From Raillietiella orientalis (lineage: Eukaryota): 64,000 nucleotides of DNA. Below the pieces are notes generated by a model that saw nothing but the letters and a program-made list of their open reading frames with translations, made no database searches and was not told where the DNA came from. The position numbers and the translations under genes were made by a program. The DNA lies in NCBI GenBank assembly GCA_036172245.1, contig JAYWIR010000008.1:3534001-3598000 (forward strand), written 5' to 3'. Positions 36,315 to 49,718 of this stretch are shown here, in pieces. The number at the start of each line of letters is the position of its first letter. The stretch's first letter is position 1.

Positions 36315-39300
36315 TCCCGGGAGAGAGAGGCGGCAGGTGCCCCGCGGGAGCCACGCTCTGCTCGCCAGAGGAGAGACGCGCTCCCGGAAACCGGAAGCTG
36401 CGGGGAGGGGAACCGTCCGTCCCTGCGAAGGAAGGGGAGAGGAAGGCGTCCGGGAGCCCCCTCCGTGGGCTCCCGGACGGCTCGCGCGAGCGCGCGAACG
36501 GGACGTCGCCATTCCCCTGACGGCAGTCCCGCGGAAGAGCACGGGAGGAAGAACCGGCCGGATGTCTCGCGGGCGACAGCAGGCGATCCTTCGGCGGGTG
36601 CGCGGAACGCCCCCTGGCGATTGAACCGCATTTCCGTCTCCTGCCCTCTTCCCGGAACGCAGAGACAAGAGCGGGGAGAAGCAAGAAGGGAGGGGGAGGC
36701 GCCAGGGAGACGCTCGCGAAGATGGGCGCGAGGGTAAGAGGGGATGGGAGTGCCCCTTGCCATCCGGGATGATCAGGGACAGAGTAGGAGGGGGGGGGGC
36801 AAGGAGTATATGGGGGCACTCCCGCCGCCGAGTACCGCCTTTGCCAGAGTCCAGAGAAGAGCTCAGGGTCAGGGAAGGTAGGGAAAGGAAGGACCAGTCT
36901 GCGCCGGCGTCCTGGCGTCCGGTATAGAGGAAGGGCACCACCTCGAGGAGGAGAGGCGGCTTTTTCACCCCTCCTCGCCCCTCTCTTCCCGCGGGAGAGC
37001 CGCTCCCGACCTCTACCGCCGCCTCCGGGGAAGTGCCCCTTCCCTCCCATCCCCCTCCTTCTCCAGACAAACGCGAATTCCGTGATGGGCCCACAAGGAA
37101 GGTAGAGAGGGGAGGAGAGGGAGAGCTCCTTCTTGGCCCCGCTCGCACACACACACCTCGATCCCCCCCCCCCATCCTCGTCCGGAGCGGGTGGTCGAGC
37201 GCCCCCGTCCTCTCTGCTGCAGAGCTCTCGTCCTCCTCTCCCCCTTCCCGGCCGGGGCGTATCTGATGCCCGCTCGCAAAGCAGCTGGGGACGGAGCGGA
37301 GACATCGGCGGATGGCGCCGCCGACTCTTTGGCCTCTCGAAGGAGCGAGGAAGAAGGGCTGCCAAGCGCGCTCCGCCGCGGGGCCTCGGAGGAGGGTCCG
37401 CTCCGTCCGTCCGAGACGCTCCTCTCTCGCGCGAGCAGCCCGGGAGGAGCAGTTCGCTTCGAAAAACCGGGTCACCGGCGAGGCGCTCCGATGGCCTCCA
37501 GATCCACCCGAAAAGATCTCCTCCCCCCCCCCTCCTCCTCCTCCTCCTCCCCTTCCGGACCGCCTTGAAGACGAACGGAGCAAAAAGAATGGAATCAAGG
37601 AAACGCCGAGGGGGGCGCGCGCACGCGTGAGCTGCTGTGCGCGGCCCCTTCCCCTGGAGCGAGGATTCCCCGCGGGGGCGGGCGAGGTCCGTTTCTTCCG
37701 CTCCTCCTCCAAGCAGGAAGAGGAAGAAGAGGACGGCGACGCTGGGGGCTCTCCACACGCCCTAGCAGACGAGGCGCCGGCTGCGCGCGCCAAGGCTCGG
37801 TCAGCGGCTGCCGATGCGCGGGTCGCTCGCGTGCGCGCAGCCCGGAAGGGTTGCGCGCGCAGATGCGAGGCGCGGCAGCTGTGGCTGGCCGCGGCGCCTC
37901 GCGTCCGGGAGAGAGCAGGCGGGGCGCTCTCTGGCCCGCCGGATGCCCGAGGGAGAAGGGGAATGGGGAGAGGGAACCGGCGACGCCCTCGAGAGGCGGA
38001 GCGGAGGAAGCGGGCAGAGCGAGGGGGGGGGGGGGAGGGAAGAGAAGGAGGAGGGAGGCGGCGACTGCGCCCGCTTGCCGCTGGCACCACCCTCAAACCG
38101 GCCTCGCCGCCGGCCACGCGAGCGACTGGCGGACCCGGCCGCCGCTTTCGTTCGCCTTCTTGAGGTTTGCCGATGACGTCACAGGTCGCCGAGGAGCGGG
38201 TGCAAGGGCAACGGCTTCCCAGCTCCGCTGGCAGGTGAAGCTCGTGCTTGCACACGTCTGCGCGACCACGCGAGATACCTGCGCGCGCGTGCGTTCCCCT
38301 TTAGCGCGTTCGCGCCTTCACCCGCTTCCGTATGTGTACCGTACGCACACAACTCACTCACATACGTGCACTTTTCGCTTACAGCCTCCTTTCAGGCGCA
38401 CCTCGAGGGCACTTACGCACACGTGCGCGCGCGTGTGTGCTGCGTACGTGGGTGTGTCAGCATCTGAACGTACGTGCGTGCGTGCGTATTCAGGTGCTCA
38501 CTGGAAGCAAATTCTTGTTGTTGTTTTTTTTATTTTTTATTTTTACGAGTATACGCGCATCCGCTTTGCGACACATGACGCGTGTACGGATATCTTCACG
38601 AGCGATGCATACGTGTGCCCGCGCATCCCATAGAAGAAGAGATCCATCCCTGGCACGTCACGTCTCACGCGCGTGCTTCGCTTCGCCCGCGGTGATTTCG
38701 TTGCGGCACAAAGCGAGTCGCCCGCCCGTCGAACGACGACGGCAGCACGCGGATGGCGGCGGAAACGCGCGCGCAGGCGCGTTTCCGCCGCCGCGCCGAT
38801 TTTGCTTTCACTCATCCCGGCGCTGTCCCCCGCCCCTTCCCCTCCTGCCCACGGACTCTCCTCTTCTCCTCCTCTCCCTCACCCCCCCCCCTCCCCTTCC
38901 CCGCTGGAAACGGCGGAGGAAAGGCGGGTGGGTGTCCCTCCGTTGCACATAACGGGAACACGCGAGAGCGAACGCTTCCTTATGGCCGCTAAGGACCTCG
39001 TACGAGAGCCATTGTGAACTCGCTCGACGCGCGCGCGCCTCCTTCTCTCTCTTCCCCCCCCCCTCCCCCTTCTCCTTTCTTCCTCTCTCTCTCTCTCTTT
39101 CCCTTTCCCCAGATCCACTTCCGCTTCGCTTTCGCTGCACTACCTGAGGATTCAATGGCAGCTGAACGTTTCCTCGCGGGTTATGATGATGCAACCGTAT
39201 GCCGATCGGCGCGACGTCTTTCGCCGTTCGCCGCTACCTCGAGCGGCGGCGTGACGTCAGCAATGCCGTCGTCCATACGAACCGAGGAGCGGTAACGCGT

Positions 39301-41029
39301 CACGGGAGGCGGTCGACTCGCCTCGCAAGCTCAAGAAACTTGCCTTTCCCTCCCTCCTCCCCTTCCGGCATTTCACTGTCTCACTCCTATGGCCTTTGCC
39401 ACTTTTACTACTACTGCTGGCCTTTCCCCAACCCCCTTCCTCTTTCCTTGGGAGCAGCCCCTGTTGCCAAAGGAGACTCGAACGCCGCCACCACAGACAT
39501 GTAGAAGGAAGAGGAATCCTCCGCTCCATCGAGCCGAGGAACCCATATTTCGGGAGAACACCCGGTTCAAGGGAAGCGGAATCCCCCCATCCTGAAAGCC
39601 CGTTTTTTTGTCCTTTTTTTTTTGGTCTGCAAGGGGGAGTTCGCTTGGCAAAGAGGGCAAAGACGGGTGAGGCTCTTCACCATTGGAAGATCGGAGGAAG
39701 AAGACGAAGGAGAAAGTCTGAACGTGTGAGTTGAAGACTTGATATGGAGGTCGGAGGGTCCCACCCTCGCCTCCCTCTAAGGAATCAATAGCCCTTTTCC
39801 AGAACACCGCGCGAGCGAATGTTGACGAGACGATTGGCGGCGAATTTGGCAGAGGTCTCCGTCCACTTGTGTCGTTCCGACTCCCACTGACCCCGGGAAC
39901 GCGAGGGATGGTACGTCCCTCCCACTCTCTTCTTTCCCCATCGGTCCTCCCCCCTAATTGGACATTCACACAAACACCAAAACCGGGATTTCCCGATAGC
40001 CCTGCACGAGCTCCCGTCATAGCAGTGAGCAGGAAGCGCCCCGCTCCAAGAGAAAGCAGTGATACTCCTCCTTCCGAGCAGCACGAACTGCGTGATTTCT
40101 CCTTACACGGACGGCGACGCTTCTAGGGTTCCCCCTTTCCCCTACTCTCCCTCTCATGGCATCCTTCGTCCTCCCCTAGCCACGAAATAGTCCCGAAGGA
40201 CTGGAAAATCCTGAGAGAGGAAGAGAAAAGGGGAAGGTGCAAAGGGGTCCCCAGTGGCGTTTCCGGCCGAAACCCGAAGCGCCGAAACGCGAGGTTCTCT
40301 CGCTCTCCAAGCCCTATGTACTACCAGGGAGTCCTCCCCAGAGCGCACTACCGCCCCACTCCGCAGTTCTTCGGGAACGATTTGCTGCTGTTTGCTTCCC
40401 GTGTCGACGGGAGACACTGAGCACCCCCGGGAGGGATGGGGAGAGGGTGCAAGGGGACTGGCTAAGCAGGCCCGAGCAGCAGTAAAAAAAGGAGGGTCGT
40501 GGTTTCCTGGAACCCGTCTTTCGAGAAGAGATCCCTCGAAAAGTAAAAGATAAGAGGCCGTCTTTCAGGTGAGGAAAAAGAGAGGCCCCGCCGAGCGATC
40601 TCTGGAGGATAATTCCCAGAACGGGATCGAACAAACTTATCGGGAGTGCGGAAGGGGAAGCGGGGGTGAAGAGCTCCGGTAGTACGTAGGCTTCCATTTC
40701 GGACCATCCCCACCACGCGCGCCTATGCTGGCAGCACGTGGCCAGGCGTCCGAAGGTCCCCCGACTCGGTTCCTCCTTGCCAACGATCGGCAGCTCGGAA
40801 ATCAAAGCGTCCTCCTCCTGAACTTTTCCAGGAGATGAATGCAAGCAGCACGAACTCGGAGCAACTCTCTCACCTTCCCCGTCCCCCCTCCCCCAGTCTT
40901 CGTAGGGGTTCTATCGGTTCTCGCAGACCTCCTGAGAAAGCTGGCGACGCCTCGGGACCACCACACTTGCTGAGCATCGTCCACGGACGAGGGAAACGGA
41001 ACAGCTAAGCTAAGAGTAACCCCGCGTTT

Positions 41030-42450
41030 GCGAGGTCACATCAAGATGGACCTGACGAACAAGGCCAACCATCCACCAAACAGAACGAAGTGCACTGGAA
41101 GGAATCAAACCCATCGCCCAGGGTGAGATGCAGTAAATAAAATGAAGTCCTTCGAGCAAACCGATCCACTGCATGGAATGGAATGAGCTGAGCAAAATCA
41201 AATCCACCAAACAAGGTAAGTTCTTTGAACAAAACGAAAGCCATGAACAGACCAAATCAGTTAAACCGAATGCAATGCTTGTGACAACCTGAAGCCCATT
41301 ACACAGAGGGGAATGTGTTGAGCAAAACCAAACCCATCACCCAAAGCTTCATTCAACAACATGAATCCATGAGCAACTGAAACAAACCCATTGAACAAAA
41401 TGAGATGAACAAAATCAAATCCACTGAACAATGTAAATGCATCAAACAACATGAAATCATCCATCATCAAACTAAATCCATGAAACAAAATAGGAGGGAC
41501 TGAATAAAATAAAATCCATTATGTAAAGTGAAATGCATTGCACAACATGAAATCTATCAGCAAATAGGGTGCATTACAGAAAAAAAAAGAAATTGACTGA
41601 AGTCCGTTACATAAGGGGAAACACATTGAACATGAAATCCATCAGCAAAACTGAATCTATTAAACAAGATGATTCTTTTCAGTCCATTAAACCACGAGAT
41701 AAAAAAACGAAAAAAAATCAAACCCATTACACGAAGGGAAATGCATTGGAAAACATGAAACCCACTGAACAAGCAAAAACAATTGAAGCAAATGAGATGA
41801 ATTGAATAGAATCAAATCCACTAAAGCAAGCAAACCGCACCAAACAAAATGGAGCAACCTGGATCCACTACACAGAATGACCTGAGCTGAGCAGAATAAA
41901 ATCCATCATCATCCAAAGTGGAATGCACTGAGCAAAATTAAGTCCATTGAACAAACCAAATCCATCATTGAGAATGCAGTGTCCTGAACAATGTCAAGTC
42001 CACTAAGCAGGGGAAATATATTAAACAGAAAGGAGATCCATGAACGAATCAAGTCCACTAACAAGCGATTTGCATTGAAGAAAATGAAACCCATGAACAA
42101 ACTAATGCCCACCACAGAGCATGAAGCAAGTGTACTGAACAAGGTGAAATCCACTAAAATGGAAATCAAACAAAATAAGATCCATGAACAAACCAAATCC
42201 GCCAAACAAAATGCAAACGCATGCAAAATTAAATCCACTAAAGCAGCATAGAAAAGCACTGCACAAAATCAAATGCATGAAACAAACTTAAACCCATTGA
42301 AATAAATCAAATCCATCAGAGCCCAAAGGAAATGCACTGAGCAAGGCTGAACAGACGAAGTGAAATTGCCTTCCTGACCGAAGCTCCTTCAATTCGAATT
42401 CAATCTCTTCAACAGAGTCAAGTCCATTAAACCACGTTGTTTCAAGTGAG
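41030..42450. repeat. Decayed A-rich satellite-like array
   Basis: Abrupt AT-rich island with many variants of TGAACAAAATCAAATCCA(C/T) and AATGCA(C/T)TGA. The basic unit is roughly 17-19 bp, with strong A-skew on +. Boundaries are approximate. Confidence 0.75.
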
Positions 42451-45400
42451 CAAACCGGATTTCTCTGCTGGCTCCCCTTGAGCGTTACTCTCGGTTCTGG
42501 GAGCCTCGCCTCGAACGCGCTTTGGCGCCGCGCCACCACCTGTGCGCCGGGACTGTGTGCCGGCGTCTTTGACGGTTCGGACGCAGGGGAAGAAGTGTCG
42601 GTGGTCACCACGGGCAGCCTCCCGGAAGGCGCGGCCTTCCCTCCCGTCCCTCGTCCCACGGTTCTGGAGGGAAGCGGGTAAATCGCGGTGTCGGCAAGGA
42701 AACCGATTTTCCAGCTCGGTGGCGGGCTACAGCGAAGACTGCCAGACGGGAGGGTCGGTCGACCAACAACACGCTGGTCGATGGCCTCGGGAGGGAGGGG
42801 GGGGGGGCGCACACCATAAACCCTGAGCACGTTTCGTCCGGACCCGAAAGTGCCCTGGCTGCGGCGGCGTTCGCAGCGACTTTCCAAAAGGGCAAACGGT
42901 GTGTCGAGCCACGTGGCTTCAGCTCTTTCTCTTCCCTCTTCTTGCTGGATTCTCTATCCTTTTTTCTTTTGTCTCGCTTTTCTTGGCCGCTCCACCATAA
43001 GAAGCGGCCACAAAGGACACCCCTTCCTCCCCCTTTCCCCTCGGGAGATACGCACTGCTCCTCGGCCTTCCTGCTGTCAGGAGGAAGGTGCGCGCGCAGT
43101 GACAAGGAGCGGATGGCGCCCTCACTGGCCGCTAAATCCTCCTCCGCTGTGCTCCAGCCACCCGTCCTTGAGAAGGCCAACTCAAGGAAGCGAGGAAACG
43201 GGGATAAGCATCACTCAGCCTCCGTCATCGCTCCCAGAGGCGATCGGCGTGCTGCATCATCATTCCCTCCTCCCCGTCCCAGGAAGGAGGAACGGAAGGA
43301 GGACAGTTCCTCGGGAAAGGGAGGGGGGGGGGGGCGACGCTGACGACTCCCTCCTGCCGTCCGTCGGGATTTTGCCGCTCCATCTGCTCCCTTTTCCTCC
43401 CTTGTTCCGACCCGCCTCCCTCGGGTGACCGTCCCTTCCTTCTTCCGCTGCGAGGTTCTGGCCCTACCCCCGCCACTACCCTGCAGCCACGCGCGTGGGC
43501 CCGCGGCGCAGTCCACCGCGGCCCAGCTTCCTTCTCGAGCAGCGGAGGCGGCGGAAAATCTCGGAAAGCCGCCTTCTCGAGATAGGGCGAGAGACCTCCA
43601 GGAAGGCGGTTTGCAGTCTCCTTGAAAGCACGGGAGAGCCGGCGAGGAGCACGGAGGCAGCGATCCTATCGACGCGGCCTCGTCGGCGACGACCTTCGGG
43701 AATCTTCGGTTTTCAGAAACAAGAACCGCCGGCAGCGGGACGGGAGGGAGGAGGCGCTCGAATCCACGCAGGGAGGGAAAGTGGCGCGGCGGCTCCGGGT
43801 GGCCCCTATCTCCTCCTCCTCTTCCCCCCCCCTCCTTCTCCCTCTTCCCGCGGCCGACTGGCTCGCCTCTGGAGCTGTCACCGGAGAGACACCGGAGGTC
43901 CCTCTCCCCCCCCCCCCCATTCTGCCAGAGAGGGCAGAACATGTCCTCCCTGCTGCCACTGCTTCCTGAAGGTTTCTTCCCCGAAGGAAGGGAAGTTCCT
44001 CACCCCAGCCCGCCTCGCACGCGCTTCGGCCGGCGAGGGGGAACCGCACAGTGCACGCCGACCACGCCGACCTTCCGAAGCGTGGCGGCGCGAGCCGGCG
44101 CGCCGCGGGACGCCTTCGGGAACCTTCCCAGTCCGCCCGCCCGCAAAGGCCGCGAGAAGGAGAGAGCGTCCCACCGGCCTGAAGTCCTTGGAGATCCCTC
44201 CCTCCTACGACCGACTTTCTGTCGGTTCGACCGGCACGGGGAAGGAGCCTCTGGGCGAGGTGAGTGCGCGCTTCCTCCCCCCCCCCCCACGTCCCTTCTA
44301 CCATTCAGCAATCGTCTCCCGTCCAGGATCGGGAGCGGACGACAGTCACCTTTCCCGCCAGGAGGCAACATCAAGGGAGGCGGAAGAGAACCACCGGTAC
44401 TCCCGGAGGCAATAGGGAGGGTAGGGAGCTCGGCACGGAGGATTGATCCTCCGAGTCCCTTCCCTAACCGCGATCGAGGAGGTCAGACGGGTTCCTTGTA
44501 GCCTGTCCAGCCGTGTCCGCCGAGGAAGCCGGGATGAACGACCCTCCGTCTCCCGATCACGGAGGGGAAGGAGAGGCACCGGGCGATCCCGGAAGAGGAC
44601 ATCCCCGAAGGTGGCCTAAAGGTATCCGGGTTTTCTGTCCTCCCCCCACCCTCTCACGCCGCCGTAAGTACCGCGCTCCACCGCCAGATGGGCGCAGCCA
44701 TCGTCTCTCGGCCGGAGCTCGCGGGGCACTCGCTAGCGAGCCGGCGGCGGCCATGAGACCTGGAGAACGCTGACCTCTTCGCCCCCTTTTATCAATCCCT
44801 GTTCTTCCCCTCTCGGATGGTAGTGAGGTGGGCTGCGGCGAGGATAAGAAGTTGAGAGGGGACGGATGCCGCGAATGGGAGATTGCGGACCGAGACCAAG
44901 GGAGACCCTTCTTCCTACCCTCTTCCCCTGTCCCCTTCAAACCCGCGGATCGAGAGGGGCCGTTTCCTGATGGCCTCGAGCCTAGCAAGTTGCTGATGGT
45001 CCCCGGAAATGCAAGGAGGGAAAGGGAGATGGGAGGCCGGTCCCGCCCGCGGGTTTTGCGGGGAGTCTGCCCGCAGCAGCAGGAGCGAGACGCTCGCCTT
45101 GCGTGACGGGAAAGGAGGAGGAAGATGGGGGAGTAGGGAGAAGGGGTTCCTGCACTCCAAGGGCATCGGATTCTTCCTGCTCTCTCGTGCCAGGTGCGCT
45201 CCCCACCTCCAGCCCCACGCAGACCGGCAGGAGGCGCGCGCGTGCAGGTCTGGGTGGCGTTCGGAGAAAGCGCGCGGCGCGCTGAATCATGGCGGCGTCT
45301 TCGGTGACGTCAGGGACTAGCGGTGGAGGGGAGGCAGGGGTTCGCCTGCGCAGCTGCCAGCCCGGATGGGGCCGGGCGCCTGTAGCGGGACGGCGGAAGG

Positions 45401-48400
45401 GCGGAGGAGGTAGCGGCGGTGACGGAAAGAGGAGGATGCCGCAGCCTCCGGGCTTGGATCTTTTCCCGCTCGCGGAACGACGCGCCGGCGCATGAAGAAG
45501 CCAACGTGGAGTCGCACACCGCGTTCTGCAAACCGTGGGTCCTGCCTCCTCCTCCTCCTCCTCCTCCCCACGCTCCTCCTCCTCTTCCTTTCCGCTTTTC
45601 TTTTTTTGCCTCGGTCCCGCTTTTTTCGTGCGCGTGAAGCCGCGCGCAGCCGACGAAGAAAAGGATTCCTGTTATTGGAGCGGAGAGGTCAGCACGCCCG
45701 TTAGGCGTCGGTTGCAGTCGCAAGCGCTGCCGCCGCACACACGCAAGAAGGAGCGCGCGAGGCGGCAGTGCGGCGAGTGCCCATGGGGCAATAACCTCGG
45801 AGACGAAACTCTTTTTCCGATTGCGATAAAAACAGACTCCAGACTTCCTCTCCCGGAGGCTGCTGCCACTGCCGCACTCCCTCGCGCATCCCCGCCTACC
45901 TCCCCCTCTCTCCCATCCCCCTCCTTGCCCGCTCCTCGAGGACGGCAGCCGATTGAGGACGGAAAGGGGCTCCGCGCTGGGCGTGCTCAAAGGGCAGGGG
46001 AGGGAGGGTCTCGTCTGGAACCTCCCTCGACTTACCTTGCGCGCGTCCCGGACGACAGTGCTGGCACCTCGCGGCGAAGCGCGGGAAAAGCGAGAACTCA
46101 CAGGGGAGGGGCACCTGCGGCGACCCCGCCCCAACCTACCTCATCTCGCGAGAGCGAGGGATTGGGAGGAAGGGAGTGACAGTCGGTCGTTTCCCGCACC
46201 CCTCTACCCTTTCTGCCCCCTTCCTCCCTCCGCTGAATACCCCAAGAAAGCGAGTCCTGAGCTGCTGGTTGTTGCTCGGGGAGACGGACGGAGGATCCGC
46301 ACCGTAACGACAGAGAAAAGATCGCGCGAGATGACGGAGTCTCCTCCTCCCTCTTCCTTTGCAGGCTACAGAATGCAGGGATGAGACGACGAGGTGGAAG
46401 AAGGGGGGAGGGGACCTGGAAACGAGCAGAAGCGGAGTCATGGAAATCGCCTCGCGGAGAGGCCGCACTCGCTCGCCTTGTTTCCCGTTACGTAGCGAAG
46501 GATGGGAGGGGGCGGAGAAGGGAATGTGAAGAGAAGGGTCTCCCGCGCGCTCGCTCACGGGACCTTGTCTACCGGGGGGCCGCTTCCTCCTCGCGGGACG
46601 GACGCCGCGGTGCCCCGCTCGCTGCAGGACTGCTCCTCCTTTCCCCGTTCCCCGTCCCACGCGAAGGAAGGCCCAGAAAAAACCGGGACGGAACAGGAAG
46701 GGTAGGGGCGAAGGAGTGGCAACGGATCCATCCACTCTCGCGAGGTGCGTTTCCCGCTTCCGGTCCAGCCCTCCCCGCCGTCCTCGGTCCCAAAGGAGAG
46801 AAGCAGGGAGAACGGTCCCTTCCTCGCCTTCCCTTCCGCTGGGCCCTCCGCCTTCGTTCCCGGGAGCGCAACGATCACTTCCGGAGCATCTAGACGGGAG
46901 AGGAGGGAAGGGAGCGTGGCTGCGTCTGTGGACCTCCTCGTTCCTCTGAACTAGGAGGAGGAGGAGGAGGAGAAAGAGGAACATGAAGGACGGATCCCCC
47001 CCCCCCCAAGTTGTCGAGGGGTGCTGCCAGTGCACGGACAGGTCCCGCTGATTTTATGCTCCACTCTCTCCCTCCCCAGACGATCCGGGATGGAGGTGGG
47101 GCAGCTCATCGAAGGGTCCATCCCGCCGAAGCGAAACACGGGAAGAGAGCGGTGGGGAGGGGAGGGGGGAAGGAGACCAAGGGGGAAGAACAAGAAGAAC
47201 TCACATGTGCTCGGCTGCTGCTGCTGCGGTCGCGTCTCCGTCCGGGAAGGCCCCCGCGGGTCCACGAAGGCGGCGGCGACTCGCGCTCTCGGACTTCCCG
47301 CCGCTCGCCCGCCGCTCTCTCCTCCGCCTCGGGTCACGTGGCCGCCGCCGCCACCACGGGCGCCACCGCCAGCGCCTCCTGCTCCTCCACCGCCGGCGAC
47401 GCTGGCACCGCCGCCGGCTGCTCTTCCTTCCGCCGCTCCCTCCAGGAACTCTCGCGGCACGGAGGGGGACGACTGCGCCCCCTTCGGAGGGCGTAGGGCA
47501 CCGAGTGGAGGGCGCGCGCCACGGGGATGCGGCTGTCCCTGCCCCCTCCTCCTCCTCCTCCTGGCTCCTTCGCACGCGAAGACACCGACCGGGTGAGGGT
47601 GCTGGGCAGCTGCCCAACGGGCGGGCGGGCAGGCGGGCGGTCTGTTCCCTGGCGGCTGCTGCTGCTGCTGCGGCGGCGGCGGCTGCGGCAGCGCGCTGAA
47701 GGTCGTTCCGACGTTGCGCGGTCTCCGGCGGACTCCAAGGTTGGGGTGGACAGGAAAATCGCGGTCAGCGAGCGGCGAGTCCCGTTAGCGCGCGCACCGT
47801 CGAAACCGAGTGACACACACGCCGCGCGCGTGCGCGAGCCGCGCGCGCGCGTAGGCCGCACGCACCAGCCGGGCAGCAGTCAACGACCTGCAGCAGCGGC
47901 AGCCGCAGCGACGCTCCCGTTTCCATCCCGAGATTTTCATCTCGTCCTACCCGTCCCCCGCCCCTGTCCCCCATCCCCGGGATGGGGGGGGGGGGGGAAA
48001 GGATGGGCAGGAGGAGGAGGAGGGAATGGGGGAGACGGGCTCTCCGTGGGTCCACCGCCCTTCCTCTTCCCCGGCTCTCCCTGCTCCCCCTCGACTGAAG
48101 GGACGCGCGTCCCTGTCCCTGCGCGTTCGCCCCGACCTCCCCATCGAAGTTTCCCGGGGGGAGCAGGAGGACGGCGAGCCCCGCTTCGCAACCTCTGCTC
48201 AGGCCGCTCCAGCGGGGAAGACGACGGCGCTTCCTCCAGGGAGTTTCCTCGACCCTCTCGTTGCCACTGCACCCCCCGGCCTCGCCTTCCGGCAGGAAAT
48301 GGTCCACGGTCAACAAAGCTCAGGGTGACGAATGCGCTCTCTGGAATCCGGGTGGATCAGGATCTTCCATGCCCCAACTCCCCATCCAAACACCCTGCAA

Positions 48401-49522
48401 ATGCGAGCAACTTCTTGTATTTCTCGTGTTCATTCTTATTTATTTACTTATTTATTTATTCTCCCCTCCCCCGCTGCTCGCGCTCGCGACGGTGCAGGTC
48501 CGCCGCGCAGAGCTGTCGGCTGGAGTTCGTCGACCTCCGCGGACGGGCGGCCTGGATAGGGAGAGGCGGGGGAAGCGAACGGAGGAGCACGCGACGGCAA
48601 CGGCGACGGCGAGCCCGCCTCCTCTCCTTCCCCCATCTTCCTTCCCCCCTTCCCCCACGCACCAACCGCATCCTCCCGGGCGGATGAGGCGGCGGCGGCG
48701 AATGGCTAGGTAGGAGAACCACAGCATCCTTCTGGATCCGGCCGTGCGATGAAGGGATTGGGGGGGGGGGGGAAGAGGCGCCCTGCTGACCCCACCCCCC
48801 CGCGCACACAACTTCCTCAACCGTGCGCGAGCCATGCAGCGCCTCCTTTTCTTCCTCATCCTCATCCTCTTCCGCCCCCTGGAGGCCAGCGCCCCCGCGA
48901 GCGGAGAGGTGAGCCGCCACCTCGACCACCACAGCCATTACCACCACCTCGCAGCGGATAACACCCGAACCAAAATGGGAAAACGACGGCGGCGGCGGCG
49001 GCGAACCAAATCGCCTGGGGCCATTCCGGATGGCCTCGCTGGCGGGTCGCTGCTGATACACTTTAAATGGATCCGGCTGCTGCCTTGCGGTCACCGCTGG
49101 GCCTCTTTTTTTTCTTTCTTTCCTTTTGCGGTCAAGCCTTTCTGGCGGCCACCGGGGACCGGACGGATAGGGATGCAGGAGACCCCGAGGGGGACCGTGG
49201 CTTGGGGAGAGGAGGACGGACTGCAGACTAAACCCCCCGGGTAAGAGGGCGTCCTCCGACAGGGATGGGCGTCCCGTGAGTAGAAGAAATCTCTGAAACC
49301 TCAAAGTTCCCCTCCTCTCTTCCCCCCGCTTCCGCGGGAACGCAGCGCCGAAGCACGGGAAGCTGCGGCTGCGCACAAGTGCGGAAGAGACAGCGAAGAG
49401 TGCTGCCGCCAAGCCCTCTGCATCCTCCTCCCGGGGGAGCTCACGAGAAGACGAAGATCCTCTCTCCCCATCGTGACTACCGAGAGATCCTTGCCCGCAC
49501 CCCCAGCCCTAACCCCACTTAC

Positions 49523-49718
49523 CATGCTCTAACCAGCATTCCCCCCGGACGGCAGAAGACCCAGCGCAAGGAGAACGAGATCGGAACGTCAGTCTATCAG
49601 CCTCTTCGGTAGCAGGGAAGCTGGAAGGTCTGCACCCGCACCCGCACCCTGAGTCCGAGCCGCCGTGAGCAGGGACGACACGCCCTCCAACGTATCCCTC
49701 CGAAAGACGCCTTCTCAT
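49523..49718 (-). CDS. Hr4: Candidate distal first coding exon of Hr4 (MRRRLSEG...ECWLEH-G)
   Basis: ATG at 49718 opens 65 codons plus 1 nt and ends at a consensus donor ATG|GTAAGT in phase 1. Splicing to 19544 gives ..WLEHGIMT.., resembling my recollection (unverified) of an LEHGIMT junction in some arthropod HR4 isoforms. Confidence 0.5.

Noticed and set aside
36067..38255. 563-aa and 687-aa overlapping minus-strand ORFs, and similar ORFs at 24-32 kb
   Set aside because: These are low-complexity translations of G/C runs with no family motifs.
46030..46040. Perfect AAG|GTAAGT donor on the minus strand
   Set aside because: There is no good ATG or acceptor, and the annotated ORF there is phase 0, which is incompatible with Hr4. 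It could still be a non-coding exon, but nothing supports that.
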